NCBI GenBank assembly: GCA_905338395.1
Contig: CAJPEW010001021.1
Span: 1-48,465, forward strand
Origin: Cyprideis torosa
Taxonomy: Eukaryota
DNA: 48,465 bases
Direction of reading: 5' to 3'
Part shown: positions 1 through 9,246 of the stretch, piece after piece
Position numbering within the stretch: position 1 is the first letter of the stretch
Layout of the letters: each line of letters starts with the position of its first letter
Notes under the pieces: model-generated
Told to the model about the DNA's origin: nothing
Databases searched by the model: none
What the model saw: the letters and a program-made list of their open reading frames with translations, nothing else
Translations under genes and position numbers: made by a program

Positions 1-138
1 CTTACCTCCTTGTTTCCAACGCAGCGTACTTGGACTTCAGCGTATCCGTAGTACACGACGAAAGCTTGGCGCCTGAAGTAGAAGTCCATCTGTACGACGA
101 AACTGGGAACTCCGTTGCCACTGCGACGGGAACGTCTG
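1..138 (+). CDS. GUSB: beta-glucuronidase (GH2) exon, partial at window start
   Basis: Frame 3 translation ...VEVHLYDETGNSVATATGTSG aligns to human GUSB [27 protein letters not shown] donor at 139. Confidence 0.75.
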
Positions 139-223
139 GTTAGTTGTTTGGCGATCCATTGTTTGGCAAACAACGCCTCAAATGGGAGATTTTTCAGATG
201 GATTATTTTGTCTCTCTCTGCAG

Positions 224-534
224 GGCGCCTCAGCATTGTGAATCCTGTACTTTGGTGGCCGTACTTGATGAACGAAACCTATGGGTACTTGTACGAGTTG
301 GAAGTCGTGGTTCGAACACCAAGCGTTCAGTCGAATGACCCTGCTGCCTTTGCAGTTTGGACCGAAGCAAAAAGTCTGCATTCCTTCCAAAGAGCCAAAC
401 GGGCCGGAGACGTGTTGGATGTTTACCGTCTCAAAGTCGGATTGAGATCTTTGACGTGGGACAATGATACCATGGCGATCAACTGCAAACCGATTTACTT
501 CCGGGGCTTCGGGATGCATGAAGATCACGATTTC
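224..534 (+). CDS. GUSB: beta-glucuronidase exon (NPVLWWPYLM...GFGMHEDHDF)
   Basis: Strong identity to GUSB [20 protein letters not shown]...GKPFYFHGVNKHEDAD; acceptor cag at 221-223, GTGAGT donor at 535. Confidence 0.85.
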
Positions 535-699
535 GTGAGTGCTGTTGAAGGAAGGAAAACCGTGGAGAAATGCAACGGAGATTCAATCCCAGAGAACAGA
601 AGTTCCAGGCACCATTTCCAGACCTGATAGGCAGTTAGTAGTTTCTGAAGCTCAACGACGTAACCTAGCCTCGTTTAAGAAAGGCGTGAAGCGTAATAG

Positions 700-778
700 G
701 CATGCGCCTTCTTTGCATGCAACTTGCAGACTCCTATGGGATTATGGTCATCGATGAACTACCAGCCGTAGCTCTTAG
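700..778 (+). CDS. GUSB: beta-glucuronidase exon (MRLLCMQLADSYGIMVIDELPAVAL)
   Basis: Aligns to GUSB [23 protein letters not shown]; acceptor aatag at 698-699 is uncertain; donor GT at 779. Confidence 0.6.
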
Positions 779-903
779 GTGTGGTTCCACAAGAAGGGTT
801 TCGTATAGAACTTCATGAATGGCTCTGAACTGCTTTGGTGTCGATCTCTCAATTAGGGTTTCGTATGCATCTCATGAGTGGCTGTAAACTCATTTCTTCG
901 TAG

Positions 904-1047
904 CAACTTCGATTCGGTCATCTTGTCTTTGCATCAACAAATGCTTCAAGAGCTGATCAATCGGGACAAGAACCATCCTTCTGTCGTGATGTGGTCTCTG
1001 GGCAACGAATGCCTCACCAACGATCCTTCCTCTGCTCCTTATTTCCA
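904..1047 (+). CDS. GUSB: beta-glucuronidase exon (catalytic acid region ...DKNHPSVVMWSLGNEC...)
   Basis: Aligns to GUSB RRDKNHPAVVMWSVANEP (acid/base Glu retained); GTAAGT donor at 1048. Confidence 0.85.
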
Positions 1048-1195
1048 GTAAGTTCAAGTGAAATCACTCACTCCTCCCTCCATACTCTGAACCAATAAGC
1101 CGATTCAGTTGGTTTGCGTTACATCTATCACCTGTATCGGAATACGAGTCGTTTAGCTGACATATGAGACGACGGTGTTTGCAAACGTATCACAG

Positions 1196-1280
1196 GACTT
1201 TGTCGACACTGGCTCGCATCTTGGATAGCTCAAGACCAATCACGAACGTCGTCAATAAACCCGTCGACAGTGACGTCGCA
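1196..1280 (+). CDS. GUSB: beta-glucuronidase exon, alternative copy A (QTLSTLARILDSSRPITNVVNKPVDSDVA)
   Basis: Aligns to GUSB [27 protein letters not shown]; acceptor cacag, GTGAGT donor at 1281. Confidence 0.75.
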
Positions 1281-1309
1281 GTGAGTAAACCCCAGATTTT
1301 TCTTCGCAG

Positions 1310-1394
1310 AACCCTCTCTTTCTTGTCTCGTCAATCGGACCCATCCCGTCCTGTCACCCTCATCATTAGTTATTCTGTGCACTCTGACTTTGCT
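1310..1394 (+). CDS. GUSB: beta-glucuronidase exon, alternative copy B (QTLSFLSRQSDPSRPVTLIISYSVHSDFA), tandem duplicate of the 1196-1280 exon
   Basis: Same 85-nt length and phase as copy A, own acceptor (cgcag) and GTGAGT donor at 1395; SDPSRPVT matches GUSB [8 protein letters not shown]. Confidence 0.65.
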
Positions 1395-1860
1395 GTGAGT
1401 CACCAATTGAATCCTGTGAAATGCTCGTGAGGCAGGGATTGATGGGATATAATTATATGCTTTAGTTAAACAAGTGTTTTTCATTAGCATGTCAGCGTTG
1501 GCAAATGACGTTTGTCGAATTTTATCAGTCAGCGTTTGTGGCCTGAATTTGCACACTTCTTTTGCATGTCGCAACGAATCGCCAAAGATGAAATCGATGA
1601 TGAAAGTGATAAAGCTCTCTCTTTACATCGATCGTTGACATCGTACTCAAAGCAAACCCACGCTCTCTTTTAGATGTATATTTGCTTCTAATCTAAGAGA
1701 AATTCTCTGAAGTGCACTTCATCTAGGAAGATCTGATTTTTCTTAAAGAAAAAGCTCCGAAGGATTCATTTTCAAACTAAGAATCATGGCTTGCCATTTG
1801 ATACACCAACCAAACCAATTGGACGCCTTCCTGACTATCATTTATTACTTGCTCACACAG

Positions 1861-1944
1861 GGTCATTACGTCGATATTCTGGGCATCAACAGATACTTCG
1901 CCTGGTATTCGAACGGCGGACGTCTGGAGGTCATACGTTCCAAT
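1861..1944 (+). CDS. GUSB: beta-glucuronidase exon (GHYVDILGINRYFAWYSNGGRLEVIRSN)
   Basis: Aligns to GUSB [28 protein letters not shown]; acceptor cacag, GTAAGC donor at 1945. Confidence 0.85.
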
Positions 1945-2088
1945 GTAAGCCATTGGTTTCGATTGATTCGTTCATATCATCGATGATGGTGACATACGGC
2001 ACCAATACACAAATGGATGTCAAAAGCAATCAGGTATTTAACCGGGTAAACTCAAAACAGTTGGTTGAAAACTTGGTTGATCATTCAG

Positions 2089-2181
2089 GTTCTTCATGAG
2101 TATCCGCAGTGGCATGCGAAGTACGGGAAACCGGTTCTTGTCACAGAATACGGAGCAGGCGCCGTGGCAGGCCTTCATTCA
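2089..2181 (+). CDS. GUSB: beta-glucuronidase exon (nucleophile region ...KPVLVTEYGAGAVAGLHS)
   Basis: Aligns to GUSB KPIIQSEYGAETIAGFHQ (nucleophile Glu retained); GTGAGC donor at 2182. Confidence 0.85.
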
Positions 2182-2277
2182 GTGAGCGATTATTCTCAAT
2201 TTGAATAGATTATAATGTCTCTATTGCAAAGATACGATTCCGACCTTCAATAATCGCGGTTTCGCTATTCAATAAAG

Positions 2278-2444
2278 GTTCCAAGTTATCAATTCTCTGA
2301 GGATTACCAAGTTGATCTTCTCAAGGAACACTTCGCTGCCTACAAAATCCTTCGAGAAAACAACAGCTATTTCATTGGGGAGATGATCTGGAACTTCGCA
2401 GATTTCATGACCAAAGAGGAGGCCAGGAGGGTCTATGGAAACCG
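2278..2444 (+). CDS. GUSB: beta-glucuronidase exon (SEDYQVDLLKEHF...[22 protein letters not shown])
   Basis: Aligns to GUSB TEEYQKSLLEQYH...[23 protein letters not shown]; exact acceptor position uncertain; GTGCGT donor at 2445. Confidence 0.8.
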
Positions 2445-2536
2445 GTGCGTCGTCCTTCGCATGACTTCCACATGACCGTCACAGGGCTTGTCGGTGATGG
2501 ATCATGGTATATAAGTAATTTGGTTTCTATTTTCAG

Positions 2537-2654
2537 GAAAGGAGTCTTCACAAGGAATCGGCAAGCCAAGCCTGCTGCGCATGTCACGCGTACCCACTAC
2601 CTGCAGCTGGCTGAAGAGCTCGACCATATGAAGCCGGACAGATATCCGAAATAG
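2537..2654 (+). CDS. GUSB: beta-glucuronidase terminal exon (RKGVFTRNRQAKPAAHVTRTHYLQLAEE...*)
   Basis: Aligns to GUSB [28 protein letters not shown]; acceptor tttcag; TAG stop at 2652-2654. Confidence 0.85.
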
Positions 2655-3092
2655 AACTTTTTGATGCGTACTTCTTTTTGTGATCTTTGGGATGCATATC
2701 TGCTAATGTGTATTTGTAGTCTTGAGGATGTATATTTGATGGATTAAAAATTATTGTTTTATTCTTCTTAAAATGTGACTCTGGGGTACCAAATTTTTTG
2801 AGCACTGCAATTGCTTTAGCTGCGTGTGTTACTTTTCCCCAAACTGCGCCGTACACCATGAAACCGTGTGAAGCATGGTCAGTGAAAGCAGCGGCAGACT
2901 CCAGCGCCTCCTCAACTGCAGAGAATATTCTGTCTTTAAGGATCGGGTGTATGTGGAGTCGAATTTCTTCGAGGTGCGAATGCCCGTTTTCGTGGAATGT
3001 CTTTCATTCACGATAAAACATTGATCAAATCGTTTCCTCCATCGGGTTTTGTCTAGCTAGATCCACACACCCACGGCCCACGCAGACAGATA

Positions 3093-3197
3093 TTGCTAGG
3101 TTTGAGTGGATTCTACTTCTTCGCGGCGTCGGAAGATTTTTGTGATTTTTCGTCCAGTTTCTTCGGTCTCATTCCCAACAGGGGAGCGGACATTCAG
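3093..3197 (+). CDS. hypothetical protein, exon 1 (start MLGLSGFYFF...)
   Basis: ATG-initiated ORF ending at a cag|GTACCT donor; phase 0 compatible with the next exon; no recognised homology. Confidence 0.35.
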
Positions 3198-3273
3198 GTA
3201 CCTACGACATCAAAGACAAAATTCCTTGATTCATTGAAGGCTCTCTCAATGACTCTGTATTTTGGTATTGCAG

Positions 3274-3351
3274 GATCTGGAACTGTGTCATCTAGCTCCG
3301 ATTCACGAGTTGGATTTTGAGACAACTGCCCTGGAACCGTATCTTCTGAAA
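3274..3351 (+). CDS. hypothetical protein, exon 2
   Basis: ttgcag acceptor and GTACGT donor; phase consistent. Confidence 0.4.
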
Positions 3352-3400
3352 GTACGTCCTCGAATGCGAAGTGTCTTCTTCGTCCGATACTTCTTCGCAG

Positions 3401-3652
3401 AAGCTGCCAAACGTGAGGTTCGTCCAAAAGATGTGTGTGTCACCACCCAGCGGAAAACGCAGTTCATCGTGTTCTGTTGATGTCCACCCACAGCTTTCGT
3501 GGAGGTCTTGGTGCCTCTTCGTCCAAGACATCTACTTGAAACGTTCGACAGCTTCTGGCCTAAGAAGCTTTCTGGCCAGGAATCTCGGCAATCCTGAAGC
3601 TGACAGGAAGAATGTGTCTGTGGGTCCCAGTCTCTGCTCCACCCACCGAAAG
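3401..3652 (+). CDS. hypothetical protein, exon 3 (Ser-rich)
   Basis: tcgcag acceptor, aag|GTTTGC donor; phase 0 on both sides. Confidence 0.4.
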
Positions 3653-3729
3653 GTTTGCCTTAGTTGATCGCAAATCTCAACGTTTTGCAAACTCAGTTTG
3701 ATAAATAATTATTCTTATTTCGTTTTCAG

Positions 3730-4010
3730 TCGACCAGATCTCGTGCTGAAAAGCCCACCGCTAGTCAACCGGAAGAGGAAGATTCGAACTCTGACTTCTC
3801 TTTCTTGCCGATGGTCGTTCCCGAATGTATCGTCAGCAGGGACAACCAACTAGGGGAAGTGGAATTTTATCACGAATTCTCACGGAATATTGCAGATCAG
3901 TTCACTACCAGTACCATCAGCATTGATGTGACTGCTCCATTTCTTCCGGACAAGCCTTGCATGCCGAACCCGTTCGACAACGGACTCCTAGTAGCTTGCA
4001 CCAAATGCAG
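3730..4010 (+). CDS. hypothetical protein, exon 4 (STRSRAEKPTASQPEEEDSNSDF...LVACTKC)
   Basis: ttttcag acceptor, cag|GTAAGA donor; the donor-containing 37 bp is tandemly duplicated at 4018-4054. Confidence 0.45.
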
Positions 4011-4136
4011 GTAAGAACGGACTCCTAGTAGCTTGCACCAAATGCAGGTAAGAAAAGGCATGAAAAGCTGTACATACACGGTCAATGTGAATAATCGTTA
4101 TACTTGTGTTTTCCACTGTTTTCTTTCCAAATCCAG

Positions 4137-4236
4137 ACTCACGGATTCCCGCTTTTATCCGGACGTGAACCTAGTTTCTATGCTGACCTGTCCAGCCGCA
4201 GTAGGAGACGCTGCACAGCTGGACGAAGACGATTAG
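4137..4236 (+). CDS. hypothetical protein, terminal exon (acidic tail ...AAQLDEDD*)
   Basis: atccag acceptor; in phase with exon 4; TAG stop at 4234-4236; the five exons sum to 816 nt = 272 codons. Confidence 0.45.
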
Positions 4237-4548
4237 TAAGAATGATAAAATAACCCATTGAATGTCTATCAGAACTCAGTTTTTTCATCTCAACGAAACA
4301 TGTTTACAGCAGTGACGAATCGAAGATGAATGTACCACACGGAAAGAGTCTGCCGAACAGTGTTTGTCGTCAGAAGTCCATTGACAACGAAGCACCAGTC
4401 GTTCCAAGGCGCCATCTGACGTCGAGGGTTGCAGGCAAACCAACAAATGCTGACGACAAAACATCAAACCTTCCAAACAAAGCAACAAGAAAAAGTAGAA
4501 GCGAATTCGTCATGTCGGAAAAGGAAGTCAAGCTGTTCTCTGCTTTCC

Positions 4549-4690
4549 AACGAATACGAAGATACAATAACAACGCTTCCTAAAACTACGAAGATACAAT
4601 AACAACGCTTCCTAAAACTACGAAGATACAATAACAACGCTTCCTAAAACTACGAAGATACAATAACAACGCTTCCTAAAACTGAGTAGC
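4549..4690. repeat. 32-bp tandem repeat x ~4.3 (gatacaataacaacgcttcctaaaactacgaa)
   Basis: Perfect copies at 4561, 4593, 4625 and 4657. Confidence 0.95.
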
Positions 4691-5379
4691 CCATCACGAC
4701 ATAGAGACAAGGAAAGGCCGAACGGAGAGGTGACGCTGACGCATATGATTACATCGCATGCATTTGAATTTCAACGTTACGTTCTACTCTACTTCCTTTC
4801 CCACCCCAGGTGTACAATTGGAAGAGTGTATGTGATGTGATGTGAGTAGAAAGTGGCGTTGAATTACCCAACAGAGTGTGTGTTGAGTAGACTGCAGTCT
4901 AATTCGTGGATTTGGCCCCTAAATATGAACCATACAACTGATAAATGGAAGCATTTAGCAGTCCACTTCCATCAACGGTCTATAGTTTACCATGCTCATT
5001 GGCTCATTCCCGATGAAAAATTAATGAACGTCGGACCCTGACACCCCCATGACAACGCTACGCTATATATTTTCTTCTTTTCTGGACCTATCCTCAAACC
5101 TTACCTTGCGATCAGACTCCGAACCTGAGTTTTCGCGGGTTGGAGCGAGACCGACTGTGACCTTGAGATGCAAGCTACCAGACAGACAGCCGACCCCGAC
5201 TAAGCGCAGAGGTCGCTCCCATTACTCAATCCTTGGATTCGAAACTTTTCCACAATTATTTTGTTATGGTGGTAGTATGATGTTTTAGCAGCTTGATTTC
5301 CAAAGCGTTAGGTAATTTCAATTCAGTAGTTGTTCATCCTGATTCATTATAGTGGTTCGTTCCTGATTCACTATCATTG

Positions 5380-5720
5380 GTTTGATTACTGGGGCTCCGG
5401 TGCTGTGGTTGTGATTCATACGCTCTCTCCACCCGTCGCCCGCGCGTACGAAGATACCGGGAGGTGCGAACCAGAAAGTGGTTATTGTGCTCCATGGAAA
5501 CAGCTGATCGATGACGATTCTTCGTTGTACGATCGATGGCAAGGGAACAGAGGCTTCCTCTTGTCGCCGGCCTTATCACACACACGCCGAATGAAGCGCC
5601 ATACCAATAATAGCGTACACGGTACACCGAACGAACCGCAGTGCATAGCCCGGCCGATTGCCGCCCTTGAGAAACGTGACGTAAGGAGGCTTTACAAAAG
5701 GTGGTGCAAAAGTCGGCAGA
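5380..5720 (+). promoter_or_regulatory. CpG-rich island with a CRE/ATF-like TGACGTAA (5677-5684); possible MVP promoter or 5' exon region
   Basis: Local CpG density is far above the rest of the window (cgcccgcgcgtacg, ccggccgattgccgcc); it lies ~1.1 kb upstream of the MVP start, and a 5'UTR acceptor sits at 6797. Confidence 0.25.
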
Positions 5721-6439
5721 ATAGAACTTGAACTTGGGTGCTGTTCGTCACATTGTCAGTTCGTTCGCAGTAGTCGTGTTTTGTTCTGTGAACGTGAGAA
5801 ACTCGAGGAAAACAAAAGTGTGGTTGCTGGTGGTCGGCAGTTATTGTCGTCCGTCAAAGGTGCGCTTGAGTCAAGGTGTTCCGTCCCTGTTGTTTGTTGC
5901 AGGAATTTGAAGTGATCCAAAGAATCGTTAGGATCACAACAGCCACAAACTTCATCCTCTACGCCCCTGGTGGCGAGGAATGCCGAAAGCCAAGTGAGTC
6001 TCAAAAGTCCTTGATTTCGATAACTGAAGTTATTGATCGTAGTAATGGTCAATGCTTTCACAGTTATTATCAGACATCACATCACTGATCGAGCGTTTTC
6101 GTGGCTGATTGAGTGCAACATCTCTGTGCGAGTTTGCACTGCAGTACACCTTTTCACTACTACTGGTTGATCGAGTATACTTGTCTCTGGCTTCCTATAG
6201 TAAGTAACAAACGAATATATTCACATAACATGGAGTTAACGCGACTCTCCTCTTTGACAGGAAACAGCAGCAGCACCAAAAGCAGAGCATTTCACAGGAT
6301 ATCGACATCCGACCATTATTTATCGAACCTTGGGAAGAGGAGCTCAACAACAAGTGAGTCATCTGCACGAGGAATTTTGTAAAATTAAATATTGATTGTC
6401 GCTCGCTCCTAGGACACGAATGGTATCGTTCGTTAAGAA

Positions 6440-6560
6440 ACTGGTCGCTGAAACATGAGAGTGCGATGATGAAACGTGAAAGTATGATGATGTGAGTTTA
6501 GGTGAAAGTATGATGATACGAGTTCTGGTGAAGCATGGAAGTATGATGATGCGAGTTGAC
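6440..6560. repeat. ~27-bp imperfect tandem repeat (gtgaaagtatgatgatgygagtt) x ~4
   Basis: Visible periodicity. Confidence 0.7.
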
Positions 6561-6822
6561 CTGACTGGAAAAGTCTTTAGCTTGAATGACACCTAGGGGT
6601 GAAAAGATTAGTTCTGATGGATGATTGAAATATGTTTTTTTTTTAATCGCCTGTGTGGACTTCTCATAATTTGGCCCACCACCAGTCGTAATCTTTCTTT
6701 CGTTTGATGGAACTCCGTTTGAGATCTTGTGGCGTGTCATGATGCAGTCTCCATTTTCTGTTTGTGTTGAGAACAATGTTTCCTCTCTGATTTACAGTTT
6801 TCCTTCACTACCTGAACAAACG

Positions 6823-6968
6823 ATGGAACGTCAGAGCGATTCGAAACGGGACACCTCCGTCATCTTCCCTGTGCCTCCTTACTACTACCTCCACGTCTTG
6901 GATCAGACGACGAATGTCACGCGCATCGAAATCGGCCCTCAGACTTACATTCGCAAGGACAATGAGAA
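6823..6968 (+). CDS. MVP: major vault protein exon 1 ([48 protein letters not shown])
   Basis: Aligns to MVP N-terminus [35 protein letters not shown]; ATG 6823 follows a 5'UTR acceptor tttacag; GTAGGT donor at 6969. Confidence 0.85.
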
Positions 6969-7375
6969 GTAGGTTGGAAGGAGGACCAGTTCTTGTGATT
7001 TTGGGATCATACTGGAGGATCACTAGGCACTGGCAATTTTTGTAGCTTGTTCGAAACAGGATGCAATGTGATAAAATGTGCCAAAAGAATTTTTATGTCT
7101 TCTCTAAATGTCTTCATTCTCGAGATATGCTTGGTTCTTTAGTCGATTCATCCCCTGTAGTATAGGTGCTCTCAGGAGCTGCCTATGTTGTACTTACTAG
7201 GTAGGGCAGGTGTGGTGGACCATCCATGCCTTGTCGTAAATCTCGAGAACGGAGACGCTGAAGAGGCAGAATTATTTTTTGCACATTTCATCGCTCGGGA
7301 AAAAAAAAATCAGTGCTTAGATCGTTGAATGCTGATTTCCTGTGTTCCTCGATCTAAAACTTTTCCTTTCGTCAG

Positions 7376-7517
7376 GGTGATCCTGCCCCCTACGGTCATG
7401 GTGATCGTTCCCCCGAGGCACTACTGCGTCATTGAGAATCCCGTTCAAAGAAATGTCAACAAGGAGGTTATTCTGGACAAAAATGGCCAGATCAAACTCC
7501 ACTACGCGGAGCTGGAG
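7376..7517 (+). CDS. MVP: major vault protein exon 2
   Basis: VILPPTVMVIVPPRHYCVIENPV...LHYAELE aligns to MVP repeat 1; donor appears to be GCGAGT (a GC-AG intron). Confidence 0.8.
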
Positions 7518-7609
7518 GCGAGTTCAGAAACAGACAAAGCGATAAGACAACAGCAATGTGATTGCTTGGTCATGAATAATAACAATGTTATGATAATCCG
7601 ATGTTTCAG

Positions 7610-7787
7610 GTGAGGATGGAGCAAGATCCTTTTCCACTCTATCCAGGAGAAGTTGTCAAATTTCCTGTGACTCCACTGAGAGTGGTTGAAACGGATTGCG
7701 CCCTGAGACTGAAAGCGATCAGAGACTTCACTGATGACGAAGGCAATTCCAGAGTAGCCGGTGATCAGTGGCTCTTCGAGGGACCTG
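7610..7787 (+). CDS. MVP: major vault protein exon 3
   Basis: VRMEQDPFPLYPGE...AGDQWLFEGPG aligns to MVP IRLAQDPFPLYPGE...AGDEWLFEGPG; GTGAGT donor. Confidence 0.9.
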
Positions 7788-7873
7788 GTGAGTTCCAGGT
7801 TGTACGATCCAGACTTGCATAGGATTTTCGATCTTCATACTTGTCTTCCAACCTGATGTCTCTTGTGTTCAAG

Positions 7874-7997
7874 GCACGTACATTCCCCGCAAAGAGGTGG
7901 TCGTTGTGGAGCAAGTCAAGGCCCGAGTGATCCTCCCCAACCAGGCCATCAGACTACGAGCCACCAGAGCGTGCAAGGACAGGGACGGAAACGATCG
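7874..7997 (+). CDS. MVP: major vault protein exon 4
   Basis: [13 protein letters not shown]...[11 protein letters not shown] aligns to [16 protein letters not shown]...RKECWDRDGKER. Confidence 0.9.
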
Positions 7998-8000
7998 GTC

Positions 8001-8207
8001 AGTGATGATGAGGCAACAAAGGACGATAAACTGATTCCTGAAGTGATGATGAGGCAAGAAAGGACGATAAACTGATTCCTGAAGTGATGATGAGGCAAGA
8101 AAGGACGATAAACTGATTCCTGAAGTGATGATGAGGCAAGAAAGGACGATAAACTGATTCCTGAAGTGATGATGAGGCAAGAAAGGACGATAAACTGATT
8201 CCTGAGA
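8001..8207. repeat. 45-bp tandem repeat x ~4.6 inside MVP intron 4
   Basis: Near-perfect copies of tgatgatgaggcaagaaaggacgataaactgattcctgaagtga. Confidence 0.95.
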
Positions 8208-8242
8208 GCAGAAGTGTGGTACAGTTTCTCTTCCACATTTAG

Positions 8243-8345
8243 GTGCACCGGTGAAGAATGGATCGTGAAGAAAGAAGGGGCATATCTCCCTGGTGTCTAC
8301 GAAGAGGTCATTGAAATAACCACGGCTCATGTCCTCACGGATACG
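8243..8345 (+). CDS. MVP: major vault protein exon 5
   Basis: [34 protein letters not shown] aligns to MVP [35 protein letters not shown]. Confidence 0.9.
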
Positions 8346-8518
8346 GTAAGAAAAAGAGAAGCACCTGAGCGGGTGGAAAAGAGAAGCACCTGAACAGAGA
8401 TTCTGGCATTTCGATTTGAGATCTCCACGCACGAACGTGGAGATATATTTTGAGCGTTGTACAAGAAGCTGCCTGGAATAGTTCTGTATATGGGGCACCT
8501 TTCTGTATTTCTCATCAG

Positions 8519-8632
8519 AAAGCCATCGCCGTTCGGGCAACAAAGACTTTCAAGGATGATCTTGGAGTCACCCGCAAGAACGGAGATGAATGGCTCGTGC
8601 GAAATACGGACACCGAAACTTACATCTTGGGA
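8519..8632 (+). CDS. MVP: major vault protein exon 6
   Basis: KAIAVRATKTFKDDLGVTRKNGDEWLVRNTDTETYILG aligns to the MVP repeat; GTGAGT donor. Confidence 0.85.
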
Positions 8633-8705
8633 GTGAGTCCTCAGAGCCCCTTGCGACAGTTGCACCGAAGGAAATCAATGTGGAACACGCCATTTTTTTC
8701 TTCAG

Positions 8706-8828
8706 GTTAACGAGACATTTCTGGACACGGTGAAGTTGACGACATTGACCAGCCGGCAGTACTGCGTGATCCTCAATCCCATCGGAAGTGACGGTCGACC
8801 TCAGTATGGTCAAAGGAAGCTGGTCAAG
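8706..8828 (+). CDS. MVP: major vault protein exon 7
   Basis: ...SRQYCVILNPIGSDGRPQYGQRKLVK aligns to MVP [26 protein letters not shown]. Confidence 0.9.
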
Positions 8829-9032
8829 GTGAGGCATTCATCCACCTTTGACGAAGTTTCGCAATGAATTCGTCAACGTCACCAATGTTAATTGTTACCA
8901 AGTTGTGGAAGCAAGGAGAGTGAGTTTACAATAAGGATGATAATTCAAAACACCTCCTTTTCAACACGTTCGTCTGCTATGATCGCGTTCAAAATGGAAT
9001 TTCTAATTTTCTGACATCTTTTAAACGGGCAG

Positions 9033-9173
9033 GGGGAAAAGTCATTCTTTCTGCATCCTGGCGAAGAGTTGGAAAATACGGACCGTACTCGGGATGGGAT
9101 TCAGGAAATCTACGTTCTTAGCGATGTCCAAGGATTAGTTGTCCGCGCCTCTGAAGCCTTCACCGATGAAGCG
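9033..9173 (+). CDS. MVP: major vault protein exon 8
   Basis: GEKSFFLHPGEELE...IYVLSDVQGLVVRA aligns to MVP GEKSFFLQPGEQLE...VYVLSEQQGLLLRA. Confidence 0.9.
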
Positions 9174-9246
9174 GTAATTTGTTTGGAACAATTAGTACTC
9201 TTTCCAGACCCGTTCCATATTGATCCAATTTTTATTTTGAAAATAG

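Noticed and set aside
300-320. tRNA T-arm-like ggttcgaacacc
   Set aside because: It lies inside a conserved GUS coding exon with no acceptor stem or anticodon arm context. No convincing tRNA was found anywhere in the window.
539-757. ORF MLLKEGKPWRNATEIQ... within GUS intron region
   Set aside because: Wrong frame relative to the flanking conserved exons. The only similarity (GK.W) to the missing RGKGFDW motif is too weak to call a degenerate exon.
2584-3011. Minus-strand ORF (~140 codons; ...HENGHSHLEEIRLHIHPILKDRIFSAVEEALESAAAFTDHASHGFMVYGAVWGKVTHAAKAIAVLKKFG...) with protein-like composition
   Set aside because: Its 3' part overlaps the well-supported terminal GUS exon (2537-2654) on the opposite strand. 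It has no upstream room for further exons (the + gene starts at 3093). I could find no recognisable family (weak, unconvincing resemblance to PTH2). Kept as a possible antisense/spurious ORF only.
7869-8543. 224-codon minus-strand ORF
   Set aside because: It lies antisense to MVP exons 4-5 and is driven by the intronic 45-bp tandem repeat. Low-complexity product.
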